Below are positions 38,457-49,433 of a stretch of DNA of 64,000 nt, one piece after another. Location: the NCBI GenBank assembly GCA_051866635.1, contig JBJDXJ010000038.1:1-64000 (forward strand), given 5' to 3'. The notes beneath the pieces are model-generated. The model saw nothing but the letters and a program-made list of their open reading frames with translations. It was not told the origin of the DNA and did no database searches. Position numbers and translations under genes: made by a program. Source of the DNA: Clostridia bacterium (GTDB lineage: Bacteria > Bacillota > Clostridia > UMGS1883). Numbering within the stretch: the stretch's first letter is position 1; every line of letters begins with the position of its first letter.

Positions 38457-38912
38457 TTAAAATTCAAACGCAAGTCTTATTGATGAAGCCTTGCTTTTTT
38501 CAATTTGTATAATTTTTCCGCCGTAATCAATTGTAAGTGTATCCTCGTCACATGCGATAAGTGTACCGCTAAGGGATTTACTGCCTTCGATAGGTGCAAA
38601 AAGCTTAACGTCAATCCCCTTGCCCAAGGCCTTTTCAAAATGCCAGTTTCTCGTCAGCTTACGGTCGATACCCGGGGAGGAAACTTCAAAAATATATTCC
38701 TCTTTAATAGGGTCAAGTTCGTCAAGCTTGTCATTGACTTTTCGGCTTACGTTTTCGCAATCGTCTATAGTTACGCCGCCATCCTTGTCAATAAAGAGCC
38801 TTAAATAGTAACTGCCGCCTTCTTTTTTATATTCACATTCGTAAATATATACGCCCGTATCTTGGCATATAGGCAAGGCAATCTCTTCCAAAATAGCTTC
38901 TATTTTTGCCAT
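38457..38912 (-). CDS. rimP: Ribosome maturation factor RimP
   Basis: LRLFIDKDGGVTIDDCE.VS, EVSSPGIDR; SD GGAGGTG. Confidence 0.95.
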   Translation of the reverse strand: MAKIEAILEEIALPICQDTGVYIYECEYKKEGGSYYLRLFIDKDGGVTIDDCENVSRKVNDKLDELDPIKEEYIFEVSSPGIDRKLTRNWHFEKALGKGIDVKLFAPIEGSKSLSGTLIACDEDTLTIDYGGKIIQIEKSKASSIRLAFEF

Positions 38913-38929
38913 GCTGCACCTCCAACAAT

Positions 38930-38958
38930 ACAAAAGAGTGGACCGTCTGCCCACTCTT
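38930..38958 (-). promoter_or_regulatory. rimP leader terminator hairpin
   Basis: Minus strand AAGAGTGG-GCAGACGGT-CCACTCTTTT directly upstream of rimP, as in the conserved rimP leader. Confidence 0.75.
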
Positions 38959-39091
38959 ACCTGATACACCATGATTATATCACCATTTTTTGCACATTGC
39001 AAGAGTTTTTTATGCAATAATAAGAAAAAACTTGAAGAAAAGAGCAAACAATAGTATAATAAACTGTATTGATAAGTTTAGGAGAGAAATT

Positions 39092-41542
39092 ATGGAAACA
39101 TTATTGATTATAGACGGTAACAGCATAATTAACCGTGCTTACTACGGCATAAAGCCACTGTCCACAAAAGAGGGTATTCCCACAAACGGTATTTACGGCT
39201 TTATGAATATACTTTTAAAGCACCTTTCGGATATTAATCCCGATTATCTTTTGGTTGCTTTTGATTTAAAGGCTCCTACCTTCAGGCATAAGGAATACAG
39301 CGAATATAAGGCACAGCGTAAGGGTATGCCCGAGGATTTGGCAATGCAGATGCCACATCTTAAAGAGCTTCTTTCGGCAATGAATATTAAAATGCTGTCA
39401 CAGGAGGGGTATGAGGCTGACGATATTATCGGCACCGTTGCAAAAATGTGCGAGGATAAGGGTATTAAATGCTTTATAGTAACGGGGGACAAGGACGATT
39501 TACAGCTTGCAACAGATAAAACACATATCCTTTTAACAGTAACCAGGATGGGTCAGACTATTGTGGAGGATTTCGACAAGGACGCATTTATTGAAAAATA
39601 TCATGTTACGCCCCATGAATTTATTGACGTTAAAGCAATTATGGGGGACAGTAGCGACAATATCCCGGGAGTAACGGGAATTGGTGAAAAGGGTGCCTTC
39701 ACACTTATAGAAAACTTCCACTCATTAGAGGGAGTTTATGAAAATATTGATTCCGATATAATAAAAAAGGCTATGCGTCAAAAGCTTATTGAGGGAAAGG
39801 AAAGTGCATTTTTAAGCCGTCACCTTGCAACTATTGTGTGCGATATGCCACTTGAATGTGATTTTGAAGAGGCAAGGCGGAAGGAATATAACAAAGAGGC
39901 ACTTGTAGAAAAACTTAATCAGCTTGAAATGAAAAAAGTTGCAGAAAGGCTGGGCATTGACAAGGAAGAGGAGATTGTATGCACAGAAATTTACCAAGCT
40001 GATGACAAGGTGATAGAGGGTATAAAGGATAAATTCTTTTTTATTTTGGATGAAAAGGTCACCTTTTTTGAAAACAATGTGTACGAGGCACCTATAGAAA
40101 AGCTGAAAGATGTTTTTGAAGATGAAACAATTGAAAAATTAACATGCGACTATAAAAAAGCAAAGCATATTTTAAGTGATATGGGCATTGAATTAAAGGG
40201 AAAGTATTACGATTTTGACTTGGCTGAATATGTGATTAATCCCTCTTTAAAGAATTCTGTGACAAATGTTTCTTTTTTCCCGAAGCTTTACGAAAAACAG
40301 CTTGAAACAATAAAAGAAAGGGGACAGGAGGACTTACTTTTCAATATTGAATTGCCCCTTTGCGAAGTGCTTCACTCCATGGAAGAGGAGGGCTTTTTGG
40401 TAAATTATGAAGAGCTTAAAATTTTCGGCGAAAAGCTTGGAGAAAGGCTTAATGACCTTGAAAATTCCATATATTTTATGGCAGGGCATGAGTTTAACAT
40501 AAATTCCACAAAACAGCTTGGAATTGTTTTGTTTGAGGAAATGGGACTTCCCGTGGTGAAGAAAACAAAAACAGGATATTCCACCGACAGCGAGGTATTG
40601 GATAAGCTGACGGGAAAGCATGAAATCATTGATTTTATAAGCGAGTACAGACTCCTTATGAAGCTTAAGTCAACGTATGCGGACGGACTTTTAGGCGTGA
40701 TTAAAGAGGACGGAAGAATTCATTCCACCCTTAATCAGACTGTAACCGTAACAGGCAGAATAAGCAGTACGGAGCCTAATTTGCAAAACATCCCCACCCG
40801 TACACCTTTGGGTAGGGAGATACGAAAAATGTTCGTGGCAAAGGAGGGCTACAGCTTGGTTGGTGCCGATTATTCACAGATTGAATTAAGGGTTTTAAGC
40901 CATATTTCAAAGGACGAAAATATGGTCCGTGCCTTCCGTGAAAATATTGATATACACACTATGACGGCATCTCAGGTTTTTAACGTTCCTGAATTTCTTG
41001 TAACCGATGAAATGCGTTCCGAAGCAAAGACAGTAAATTTCGGAATAATTTACGGTCAGGGGGACTTCGGTCTTGCAAAGGAATTGAAAATATCAATAAA
41101 AGCCGCAAAGGCTTATATACAAAGCTACTTTGAAAAGTATTCGGGTGTCCGTGAGTATATGGACAAAACGGTGGAAAAAGCAAAGGAGGAAGGCTTTGTC
41201 ACAACCATTTTCGGCAGACGTCGTTATATTGAAGAATTAAATGCAAAAAACAAAAACCTTGTGGCATTCGGCGAAAGATGTGCAATGAATACCCCCATAC
41301 AGGGAAGTGCGGCAGACATTATAAAAATAGCCATGATTCGTGTTTACAATGCGTTAAAGGAAAAATGCCCCAAAAGCCACCTTGTTATGCAGGTACACGA
41401 TGAACTTATTGTGGAAGCACATAATGACGAAAAGGATTTGGTTGCACAGATTTTGAAAACGGAAATGGAAAATGCCACAGAGCTTATTGTGCCTTTGATT
41501 GCACAGGTAAAGTGTGGCAAAAGCTGGTATGATACGAAATAA
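39092..41542 (+). CDS. polA: DNA polymerase I
   Basis: IDGNSIINRAYY, EADD, GDSSDNIPGV, TGRISSTEPNLQNIP, DYSQIELR, QVHDEL. Confidence 0.97.
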   Translation: METLLIIDGNSIINRAYYGIKPLSTKEGIPTNGIYGFMNILLKHLSDINPDYLLVAFDLKAPTFRHKEYSEYKAQRKGMPEDLAMQMPHLKELLSAMNIKMLSQEGYEADDIIGTVAKMCEDKGIKCFIVTGDKDDLQLATDKTHILLTVTRMGQTIVEDFDKDAFIEKYHVTPHEFIDVKAIMGDSSDNIPGVTGIGEKGAFTLIENFHSLEGVYENIDSDIIKKAMRQKLIEGKESAFLSRHLATIVCDMPLECDFEEARRKEYNKEALVEKLNQLEMKKVAERLGIDKEEEIVCTEIYQADDKVIEGIKDKFFFILDEKVTFFENNVYEAPIEKLKDVFEDETIEKLTCDYKKAKHILSDMGIELKGKYYDFDLAEYVINPSLKNSVTNVSFFPKLYEKQLETIKERGQEDLLFNIELPLCEVLHSMEEEGFLVNYEELKIFGEKLGERLNDLENSIYFMAGHEFNINSTKQLGIVLFEEMGLPVVKKTKTGYSTDSEVLDKLTGKHEIIDFISEYRLLMKLKSTYADGLLGVIKEDGRIHSTLNQTVTVTGRISSTEPNLQNIPTRTPLGREIRKMFVAKEGYSLVGADYSQIELRVLSHISKDENMVRAFRENIDIHTMTASQVFNVPEFLVTDEMRSEAKTVNFGIIYGQGDFGLAKELKISIKAAKAYIQSYFEKYSGVREYMDKTVEKAKEEGFVTTIFGRRRYIEELNAKNKNLVAFGERCAMNTPIQGSAADIIKIAMIRVYNALKEKCPKSHLVMQVHDELIVEAHNDEKDLVAQILKTEMENATELIVPLIAQVKCGKSWYDTK

Positions 41543-41566
41543 AAGTATAACAAAGGGGATAAAATT

Positions 41567-42160
41567 ATGAAAGGTAAATTGGTGCTCGGTATTACAGGCG
41601 GCTCGGGAAGCGGGAAAAGCCAGGTTTGTAAACTTTTGGCATCTATGGGTGCTTATATAATAGACGGTGACGAGGTAGGTCATAAGGTAACCGCAAGGGA
41701 AGACGTGTTAAATGAAATACGTGTTGAGTTTGGTCCCGATGTAATTAAAAGCGACAATACACTTGACAGAAAAAAACTTGGTGAAGTTGTCTTTTCGTCA
41801 AAAAGTGCGTTGGAAACATTAAATGTTATAACACATAAAAAGATATTTGATGAAATTGAAAAAATGGTGAAGGAAAGTGACAGTGACTTAATAGTTATAG
41901 ATGCCGCCGTTCTCAAAGACACAAAGCTTAAAACACTTTGTAATTTTATAATAAGCATTGTTGCACCTATAAATATGCGTGTAGAGCGTATAGTACAACG
42001 TGACAACCTGTCCGAACAGAGGGCACTTGACAGAATAAATTCCCAGCCCACAGATGCACAGTATGCCCATGGGGTGGATTTTGTTATACTTAACAACGGC
42101 AACGTGGAAAATCTGAACAGAAGAGTAATTGAAATTTTCCAGACCATACGTGACGAATAA
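41567..42160 (+). CDS. coaE: Dephospho-CoA kinase
   Basis: GITGGSGSGKS, LDRKKLG..VF; follows polA. Confidence 0.92.
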   Translation: MKGKLVLGITGGSGSGKSQVCKLLASMGAYIIDGDEVGHKVTAREDVLNEIRVEFGPDVIKSDNTLDRKKLGEVVFSSKSALETLNVITHKKIFDEIEKMVKESDSDLIVIDAAVLKDTKLKTLCNFIISIVAPINMRVERIVQRDNLSEQRALDRINSQPTDAQYAHGVDFVILNNGNVENLNRRVIEIFQTIRDE

Positions 42161-42181
42161 ACATGGGAAAGGCGTGTATTG

Positions 42182-42727
42182 ATGAAATTTATAAGAAATA
42201 TTTTGTCAACACTTTTGGCGATTATGGTGTTGATAGGTGCTGTTATAACAGCTTATAGGCTGTTTCCCATAAAATATGTTGAGGAAATAAGAAATGTTTC
42301 CGTAGAGATGGGTGTGGATAAATACCTTGTGGCGGCACTTATAAAGGCAGAGAGCAATTTTAAAAGCGATGCACTGTCAAATGCCAATGCAAAGGGTGTA
42401 ATGCAGCTAACTGACGAAACTGCCGCCTTTTGTGCTGAAAAGATGGGAATTGTGCTTGATGAGGGTGATATTTACGACCCTTATGTAAATATCCGCCTTG
42501 GTGTATATTACCTCAAACGCACATTGGAGCTTTTTGACGGTGATGAAACATTGGCAGTTGCCGCCTACAATGCAGGGGAAGGCAGGGTTAAAGAGTGGCT
42601 TAATGACCCCACATTTTCAACAGACGGGGAAAGCCTCCACATAATCCCCTATGAGGAAACAAGACGGCATGTGGAGAAAATTAATAGTTATAAGAAAATA
42701 TATAAATTACTTTATCCGAACCTATAA
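42182..42727 (+). CDS. Lytic transglycosylase (SLT domain)
   Basis: IKAESNF, AKGVMQL, AAYNAG. Confidence 0.9.
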   Translation: MKFIRNILSTLLAIMVLIGAVITAYRLFPIKYVEEIRNVSVEMGVDKYLVAALIKAESNFKSDALSNANAKGVMQLTDETAAFCAEKMGIVLDEGDIYDPYVNIRLGVYYLKRTLELFDGDETLAVAAYNAGEGRVKEWLNDPTFSTDGESLHIIPYEETRRHVEKINSYKKIYKLLYPNL

Positions 42728-42730
42728 AAA

Positions 42731-42893
42731 AGGTCTGTAAAAAAAGTCTCTAAAGAAATAAGTTAAGACCATTTGGGACAGTCCTCCTTATGGCAAATTG
42801 GGAGACAATTTGCCAAAGAAACCTTGCGAGGTTTTGTTGGGACAGTCCCGAAATGGTCTTTTTGTTATCTCAGTGCTGACTTTTTTACAGCCC
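42731..42893. mobile_element. MITE-like element, copy 2 (inverted relative to copy 1)
   Basis: Reverse complement of 27581-27745 with few substitutions; fills the gap between two convergent stop codons. Confidence 0.8.
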
Positions 42894-42895
42894 TT

Positions 42896-43534
42896 TTAAA
42901 ATTTAAGCATGTATTTATTGCAAATAGGTGAAAGGGAAGATGGAGAAAATGCATATGCCACCGCATAGTCGCCGCAAGGCTCCATTTCACCCTGTGGTGA
43001 AACAACAGCTTTTACCAAGGTGCCGTCACTTTCATAAAAACCTACCAAAATCAGCTTATCCTCAGGCATGTACACATAATGTACGCTTACACTGTCTTTT
43101 CCGCTTAAGGTTATGACAGGGGTGGAAATACCCAGAATGTATCTTTTTACAGTTTCATAAATGGGAAGAAACTCCTCCGAAATTATACCATCCATAGCCT
43201 TTGTAACAGCATCGGGATAGGCTGCCATAAGTGCATCACGTACACCTATATTCCAGCGGTATTTAAAAGCTTCATTAATAGCGTCGTATATATGTTTGTC
43301 TATATTTCCCTCTGTCAGCTCTTCCGGAAGTTTTAAAAGATAATCCCTTACATCATCCATAAAACGTATAATTTTTGCTTCTGTGGTGCCTTCTGCAATG
43401 ATACTGTCAATAAATTCGGGGTAAAGAGTGTAACATTCCTCAAATGCACCTGTTGTGTCATAGTTTAAGGCAAAGACGGGAACAGATAAAAACATTGTTA
43501 AACATATAGCCGCAATAATTATTTTTTTTAACAT
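42896..43534 (-). CDS. Hypothetical secreted protein
   Basis: Signal peptide MLKKIIIAAICLTMFLSVPVFA; SD AAGGTGG. Confidence 0.7.
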   Translation of the reverse strand: MLKKIIIAAICLTMFLSVPVFALNYDTTGAFEECYTLYPEFIDSIIAEGTTEAKIIRFMDDVRDYLLKLPEELTEGNIDKHIYDAINEAFKYRWNIGVRDALMAAYPDAVTKAMDGIISEEFLPIYETVKRYILGISTPVITLSGKDSVSVHYVYMPEDKLILVGFYESDGTLVKAVVSPQGEMEPCGDYAVAYAFSPSSLSPICNKYMLKF

Positions 43535-43555
43535 GGTAACCACCTTTTTATTAGC

Positions 43556-43583
43556 AAAAAAGCGAGAGGTAATCCTCTCGCTT
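43556..43583 (-). terminator. rpmB terminator
   Basis: Minus strand AAGCGAGAGG-ATTA-CCTCTCGCTTTTTT. Confidence 0.8.
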
Positions 43584-43608
43584 CCTGTTTTCTCTCTCAA
43601 ATCCGCAC

Positions 43609-43797
43609 TTAGATAGCACGAACAATCTTTCCGCTGCGAAGGCAACGGCTGCACACATGGAGAGTCTTGGGAGTACCGTTTACAAGAGCCTTAACTGTTC
43701 TTACGTTAGCCTTCCATGTTCTGTTAGAACGACGATGAGAGTGGCTCACCTGGATACCGAAAGTAACGCCCTTAGCACATACATCACACTTTGCCAT
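43609..43797 (-). CDS. rpmB: 50S ribosomal protein L28
   Basis: MAKCDVCAK...G..VSHSHRRSNRTWKANV...CSRCLRSG. Confidence 0.96.
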   Translation of the reverse strand: MAKCDVCAKGVTFGIQVSHSHRRSNRTWKANVRTVKALVNGTPKTLHVCSRCLRSGKIVRAI

Positions 43798-43969
43798 ACC
43801 AATAAACCTCCTTAGCCAAAAGTCATAAATTAAGTTTTTGCGTTAGGCACAAAAACCGATTGTCAATTAATGCATTGCCTATTGTAGCAAACAATCGGGA
43901 AAAATGCAAGAGTTTTTTTAAAAAAAGTAAAAAAATATTTTTTGTGTGCCTTTTGAAGGCTAAAATTCC

Positions 43970-43998
43970 TTGACGGATTGGGTATTTAGGTTTATAAT
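43970..43998 (+). promoter_or_regulatory. SigmaA promoter of leuC
   Basis: TTGACG-17 bp-TATAAT. Confidence 0.7.
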
Positions 43999-44046
43999 AA
44001 CATAAATATGCATTAAATATGTAGAAGACTTTTAGGAGGACTTTAT

Positions 44047-45306
44047 ATGGCACAGACAATGACACAAAAAATTCTTGCCGCAAAAAGCGGGCTGGAAAGT
44101 GTAAAAGCAGGGGACCTTGTCCTTATTAATCTTGACCTTGCAATGGCAAACGATGTAACAGGTCCTGTTGCGGTAAACGTTTTTGAAAATGGGAGACTTA
44201 CAATAACAGACCCCGATAAGGTTTGTTTTGTACTGGACCATTTTACACCTACAAAGGATATAAAAAGTGCCCAGAACTGCAAACAGGTAAGGGAGTTTTC
44301 AAAAAAGCACGGCATTAAAAAAATGTTTGAAGGCGGCTGTGCAGGTGTTGAACACGCACTCTTGCCCGAAAAAGGCATTGTTAAGGCAGGTGATGCCGTT
44401 ATCGGTGCAGACAGCCATACTTGTACATACGGTGCTTTAAACGCATTCAGCACAGGCGTAGGCTCCACAGATATGGCAATCGGCATGAGCAAGGCAAAGG
44501 CATGGATGAAGGTGCCTTCCGCCATATGCTTTAACCTTAAGGGCAATTTCAGTAAGGGCGTAAGCGGTAAAGACCTTATTTTATATATTATTTCAAAAAT
44601 CGGCGTTGACGGTGCACTTTACAAGTCAATGGAATTTGTGGGTGACGGTGTTTCTGCCCTTACTATGGATGACAGATTTACTATTGCAAACATGGCTATT
44701 GAAGCCGGTGCGAAGAACGGCATTTTCATTGCCGATGAAAAAACTGTAGAGTATATGAAAAATGCAGGTGTAGAAGAATATACAACTTATGAACCCGACA
44801 GCGATGCGCCTTATGACTATGTGATGGATATTGAATTGAGCGAAGTACCCTTTATGGTGGCATTCCCCCATCTTCCCTCCAACGGAAAGACTGCGAAAGA
44901 TGCTGAAAAACTGCACATTGAACTTAATCAGGTTGTAATCGGAAGCTGTACAAACGGACGTATTACAGACCTTCGCATTGCGGCAGATGTGTTAAAGGGC
45001 AAAAAGGTAAAGGAAGGCGTCAGGGTTATTGTTATCCCTGCAACACCTAAGATTTACAAGGAAGCCTTACATGAAGGTCTTATTGACATATTTATGGATG
45101 CAGGCTGTATTGTATCTCCTCCCACATGTGGTCCCTGTCTTGGCGGACACATGGGTATTCTGGCAGACGGAGAAAGAGCTATTGCAACAACAAACCGCAA
45201 CTTTGTGGGCAGAATGGGTCACGTTGAAAGTGAAGTTTACCTTGCTTCCCCCCTTGTTGCCGCAACAAGTGCTCTCACAGGCTATATAACAGCACCTGAA
45301 AACTGA
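44047..45306 (+). CDS. leuC: 3-isopropylmalate dehydratase large subunit
   Basis: [37 protein letters not shown]. Confidence 0.93.
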   Translation: MAQTMTQKILAAKSGLESVKAGDLVLINLDLAMANDVTGPVAVNVFENGRLTITDPDKVCFVLDHFTPTKDIKSAQNCKQVREFSKKHGIKKMFEGGCAGVEHALLPEKGIVKAGDAVIGADSHTCTYGALNAFSTGVGSTDMAIGMSKAKAWMKVPSAICFNLKGNFSKGVSGKDLILYIISKIGVDGALYKSMEFVGDGVSALTMDDRFTIANMAIEAGAKNGIFIADEKTVEYMKNAGVEEYTTYEPDSDAPYDYVMDIELSEVPFMVAFPHLPSNGKTAKDAEKLHIELNQVVIGSCTNGRITDLRIAADVLKGKKVKEGVRVIVIPATPKIYKEALHEGLIDIFMDAGCIVSPPTCGPCLGGHMGILADGERAIATTNRNFVGRMGHVESEVYLASPLVAATSALTGYITAPEN

Positions 45307-45320
45307 TAGGAGGAATTGTA

Positions 45321-45809
45321 ATGAACGTAAAAGGAAATGTTTTTAAATATGGCGATAACGTGGACACAGACGTTATCATTCCGGCAAGATACCTTAACAC
45401 TTCTGTGGAAAAGGAGCTTGCGGCACACTGTATGGAAGATATAGACAAAACTTTTATCACACGTGTTAATCAAGGTGATATTATGATCGGCGGATGGAAT
45501 TTCGGTTGCGGTTCCTCCCGTGAACACGCACCTATTGCCATAAAGGCAAGCGGTATTGACCTTATTATTGCAAAAAGCTTTGCACGTATTTTTTACCGCA
45601 ACTCTATAAATATCGGTCTCCCCATTTTGGAAAGCGAAGAATGTGTTAACGATGCAGAGGAAGGGGATATTATTGAAGCTGACCTTTCAAAGGGCATTAT
45701 TAAAAATGTTACAAAGGGTAAGGAATACTCCACAACGCCTTTCCCCGAATTTATCCAGGAAATTATAAATTGCGGCGGTCTTGTTGGCTACGCACAGAAA
45801 AAATTGTAA
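45321..45809 (+). CDS. leuD: 3-isopropylmalate dehydratase small subunit
   Basis: [35 protein letters not shown]. Confidence 0.93.
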   Translation: MNVKGNVFKYGDNVDTDVIIPARYLNTSVEKELAAHCMEDIDKTFITRVNQGDIMIGGWNFGCGSSREHAPIAIKASGIDLIIAKSFARIFYRNSINIGLPILESEECVNDAEEGDIIEADLSKGIIKNVTKGKEYSTTPFPEFIQEIINCGGLVGYAQKKL

Positions 45810-45845
45810 TTTACAGTCCACACAAAAAGAAAGAAGATGTTAAAA

Positions 45846-46904
45846 ATGATTAAAAATATAGCAGTTATTCCCGGTGACGGTATCGGTCCCGAGGTTGTAC
45901 GTGAAGCAATTAAGGTCCTTGATGCGGTAAATAAAAAGTTCGGTCATGAATTTAAGTATGAATATTTGCTTGCAGGCGGCTCTTCCATAGACGAATACGG
46001 AAAACCTCTTACAGAAGAAACCCTTGAAAAGGCAAAAGCCTCCGACAGCGTTCTTTTAGGTGCTGTTGGCGGTCCCAAGTGGGAAAATATCCCCGGCATA
46101 CGCCCCGAACAGGCACTTTTAGGGCTTCGTGGCGGTCTGAACCTTTATGCAAACCTCCGCCCTGCAATGATGTATAAAGAGCTTTCCGATGCTTCTCCTT
46201 TAAAGAGCGAAATTATCGGTGACGGTATTGATATTATGATTGTCCGTGAATTGACAGGCGGTATCTACTTTGGTGAAAGCGGAAGAAGTGAGGACGGAAA
46301 GAGTGCTTACGACACAGAAAAATATTCCGATTACGAAATAGAAAGGCTTCTTGTTCACGCTTTTGAAATTGCAATGAAGCGTAATAAGCATGTTACCGTT
46401 GTTGACAAGGCAAACGTTCTGGAATCTTCACGTCTCTGGCGTGAAGTTACAAAGAAGGTAGCACCCAATTACCCCGAGGTTACTGTTGACTATCTCTACG
46501 TTGACAATGCCTCCATGCAGCTTGTAAGAAACCCCAAGCAGTTTGACGTTATTGCAACAAGCAACATTTTCGGCGATATCCTTTCCGACGAAGCAAGCCA
46601 GATTACAGGTTCTATCGGTATGCTTCCCTCCGCATCTTTAGGCGAAGGTACTTTTGGTATGTATGAGCCTGTTCACGGTTCTGCTCCCGATATTGCAGGT
46701 GAAAACAAGGCAAATCCCTTGGCAACAATCCTTTCTGCGGCTATGATGCTCCGTTATTCCTTCGGCATGACAAAGGAAGCTGACTGTATTGAAAATGCAG
46801 TTGCAAAGGTTCTTTCTGACGGCATCAGAACAGGCGATATCGCAGGTGGCGGTGAATTTATCGGCTGTAAGGAAATGGGCGATGCTGTGGTAGAAAGATT
46901 ATGA
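45846..46904 (+). CDS. leuB: 3-isopropylmalate dehydrogenase
   Basis: [39 protein letters not shown]; alternative start at 45837. Confidence 0.95.
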   Translation: MIKNIAVIPGDGIGPEVVREAIKVLDAVNKKFGHEFKYEYLLAGGSSIDEYGKPLTEETLEKAKASDSVLLGAVGGPKWENIPGIRPEQALLGLRGGLNLYANLRPAMMYKELSDASPLKSEIIGDGIDIMIVRELTGGIYFGESGRSEDGKSAYDTEKYSDYEIERLLVHAFEIAMKRNKHVTVVDKANVLESSRLWREVTKKVAPNYPEVTVDYLYVDNASMQLVRNPKQFDVIATSNIFGDILSDEASQITGSIGMLPSASLGEGTFGMYEPVHGSAPDIAGENKANPLATILSAAMMLRYSFGMTKEADCIENAVAKVLSDGIRTGDIAGGGEFIGCKEMGDAVVERL

Positions 46905-47395
46905 TAAAAAGTCTTTATCCAAAATTACACGTTGAAAATATAAAGAGCATCACTGCCTCCATACTTAAAGAAAAAGGTATGGAGGCTGTGGTGCTTGATA
47001 TAGATAATACTCTTGTACCTCACAATGACCCAAATCCCACAAAAGAGGTAATGGATTTTCTTTCGGACATGAAGGAAAATAACATAAAAATATGCGTTGT
47101 TTCAAACAATAACAAAAAAAGGGTTGAAAGCTTTGCAAAAAAAATCGGCATTGAATATTTTGTTGCCGATGCATTAAAACCCCGTGCCTACGGATATCTG
47201 GAAGCATCACGGATTATGGAGGTTTTGCCTTCTAAAACTGCGGCAATCGGGGACCAGCTTTTTACGGACATTTTAGGCGGTAACCGTGCAGGCTGCTATA
47301 GCGTGCTTGTTGACCCCATTGACCCAAAAAGCGAACCCTTTTATATAAAACTGAAACGTGTGTTGGAAAAGCTCTTTTTAAGAAAAGGTGTATAA
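46901..47395 (+). CDS. yqeG: YqeG-family HAD IIIA phosphatase
   Basis: [30 protein letters not shown]. Confidence 0.9.
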   Translation: MIKSLYPKLHVENIKSITASILKEKGMEAVVLDIDNTLVPHNDPNPTKEVMDFLSDMKENNIKICVVSNNNKKRVESFAKKIGIEYFVADALKPRAYGYLEASRIMEVLPSKTAAIGDQLFTDILGGNRAGCYSVLVDPIDPKSEPFYIKLKRVLEKLFLRKGV

Positions 47396-47397
47396 AG

Positions 47398-48738
47398 ATG
47401 AACATTACAGGTAAAACCATTCAGCTTGGTGTTATAGGCGACCCTGTTGAACACTCCATTTCACCACAGCTACACAATACAATGATTGAAAAAACACTTT
47501 TGGATTTTACATATAGTGCATATCACGTTAAAAAAGATGACTTGAAAAAGGCATTGGAGGGTATGCGTGCACTTAACATCCGCGGTTTTAATGTTACAAT
47601 CCCCCACAAACAGGAGGCCTTCCGTCTTTGTGACTGCGTTGACCCCTTTGCAGAAAAGATGGGTGCCTGTAACACCCTTTGCAATAAAAACGGTGTTATA
47701 AAAGGCTACAATACCGACGGCCCCGGCTTTATCCGTGCTTTGGAATACAAAGGTGTAGACGTAAAAGGCAAAAGCGTTGTCATTTTAGGTGCAGGCGGTG
47801 CCGCTTCAGGTGTTTTAATGGCAGTGGCAGATAGCGGTGCAAAAAAAATTACTGTTGTAAACAGAACATATGAAAAGGCAGAGGCACTGGCAGATAAGAT
47901 AAACAGCTATTACCCCTCCATAGCATGTGCATCTGACAGCTTTAATGATTGCGATATTTTAATAAACACCACAAGTGTAGGCATGAATTCATCCGAGTCC
48001 CCTATTGAAAATTTAACGGGACTTAATAAAGGCGGGGTTGTATGTGACATAGTTTACTGCCCCCGTGAAACAGCACTTTTAAAAATGGCAAGGGAAAAGG
48101 GCTTTAAAACAGTAGGCGGTATAGGTATGCTTATAAATCAGGCGGTAATTGCCTTTGAAATTTTTACGGGAGTAAAAGTTGACAAAGAAACCGTTGACTA
48201 TCTTTACCGCATGACAGAGCTTGAAAAAAGCATTGTTTTAACAGGGTTTATGGGAACAGGAAAGTCAACTGTGGGAAAAAGGCTTTGTGCTTTGACAGGT
48301 GCACAGTTTATTGATACCGATGCCTTGATTGAAGAAAAAGAAAATATGCCCATATCCGAAATTTTTGAAAAACACGGCGAGGAATATTTCCGTGATGTTG
48401 AATCTATGGTTATAAAAAGCCTTGCAGGAACAAAGGGCGCAGTCATATCCTTGGGCGGCGGTGCTGTAATAAGAGAGGAAAATATCAATATTTTAAGAGA
48501 AAAGGCAGTTGTCTTTTGCTTGCATGCAGACATTGAAAAGGTGTACAAAAACATCGGTGGTAACACTGATACACGCCCTCTTCTTTCAGGTAAAACAATG
48601 GAGGAAGCACAAAAACTTTTAGACTCAAGACGTGAAAAATACAAAAATTGTGATGTGACAGTCGATGTAACTGAAATGGAAAAGGAAGAAGCGGCAGACA
48701 GAATACTTGAAATTTACATGAAAATGATAGAAGGCTGA
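47398..48738 (+). CDS. aroE: Fused shikimate dehydrogenase-shikimate kinase (AroE-AroK)
   Basis: HSISP, NVTIPHK, NTD, GAGGAA, then GFMGTGKST, FIDTD, FRDVE, LGGG and RPLL in one frame. Confidence 0.9.
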   Translation: MNITGKTIQLGVIGDPVEHSISPQLHNTMIEKTLLDFTYSAYHVKKDDLKKALEGMRALNIRGFNVTIPHKQEAFRLCDCVDPFAEKMGACNTLCNKNGVIKGYNTDGPGFIRALEYKGVDVKGKSVVILGAGGAASGVLMAVADSGAKKITVVNRTYEKAEALADKINSYYPSIACASDSFNDCDILINTTSVGMNSSESPIENLTGLNKGGVVCDIVYCPRETALLKMAREKGFKTVGGIGMLINQAVIAFEIFTGVKVDKETVDYLYRMTELEKSIVLTGFMGTGKSTVGKRLCALTGAQFIDTDALIEEKENMPISEIFEKHGEEYFRDVESMVIKSLAGTKGAVISLGGGAVIREENINILREKAVVFCLHADIEKVYKNIGGNTDTRPLLSGKTMEEAQKLLDSRREKYKNCDVTVDVTEMEKEEAADRILEIYMKMIEG

Positions 48739-48741
48739 AAA

Positions 48742-49416
48742 ATGAGAACTATCGCAGAAAATATTGAATTTGTAAAAAACGAAATAGAAGAAGCAAAGAA
48801 AAGAGCTGAAAGAAAAGATGATGTTACCCTTATTGCCGTAACAAAAACCTTCCCCGTGGAGGATATACGGGAGGCAGAAATGGCAGGGATTACTCTTTTC
48901 GGTGAAAACCGTGTCCAGGAAATGATGGAAAAGTTTGACTATTTTCCAAATGCATCATGGCATCTTATAGGTCATTTGCAGAAAAACAAGGTAAAATACG
49001 TTGTGGGAAAGGCTTGTCTTATCCATTCCGTTGATTCTTACGAGCTTCTTAGTGAAATTAACCGTGTTGCCGAAAAAAAGGGTATAATTCAAAATGTGCT
49101 TTTAGAAGTAAATATATCGGGAGAAAAGAGCAAATATGGTTTGACAACAGAGGAAATAACAGATATAATAAGTAGGATGGGGGAACTTGTAAACACCCGC
49201 ATTAAAGGTTTTATGACAATGGCCCCGAAATGCGATAATGCAGAAGAAGTAAGATGGGTGTTCAAAAAGGCAAAAGAGCTTTTTGAATATTACAAAAAAG
49301 ACAATTCTTCGATTGACACTCTTTCAATGGGTATGAGTAACGACTATACCGTTGCCGTTGAAGAAGGGGCAACAATGGTCAGAGTAGGTTCTTCCATTTT
49401 CGGAAAAAGAAATTAA
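48742..49416 (+). CDS. yggS: PLP homeostasis protein YggS/YlmE
   Basis: AVTK, FGENRVQE, WHLIGHLQKNK, LSMGMS.DY..AVEEGATMVRVGS. Confidence 0.95.
   Translation: MRTIAENIEFVKNEIEEAKKRAERKDDVTLIAVTKTFPVEDIREAEMAGITLFGENRVQEMMEKFDYFPNASWHLIGHLQKNKVKYVVGKACLIHSVDSYELLSEINRVAEKKGIIQNVLLEVNISGEKSKYGLTTEEITDIISRMGELVNTRIKGFMTMAPKCDNAEEVRWVFKKAKELFEYYKKDNSSIDTLSMGMSNDYTVAVEEGATMVRVGSSIFGKRN
49141..49169 (+). promoter_or_regulatory. Consensus sigmaA promoter internal to yggS
   Basis: TTGACA-17 bp-TATAAT, about 265 bp upstream of sepF. Confidence 0.55.
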
Positions 49417-49433
49417 CAGAAGGAGAAATAGTT

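Noticed and set aside
38913-39091. Overlapping extended starts for rimP and polA
   Set aside because: This is the divergent promoter region; SD-supported starts are 38912 and 39092
42896-43654. Long start overlapping rpmB
   Set aside because: Signal peptide and SD support ATG 43534
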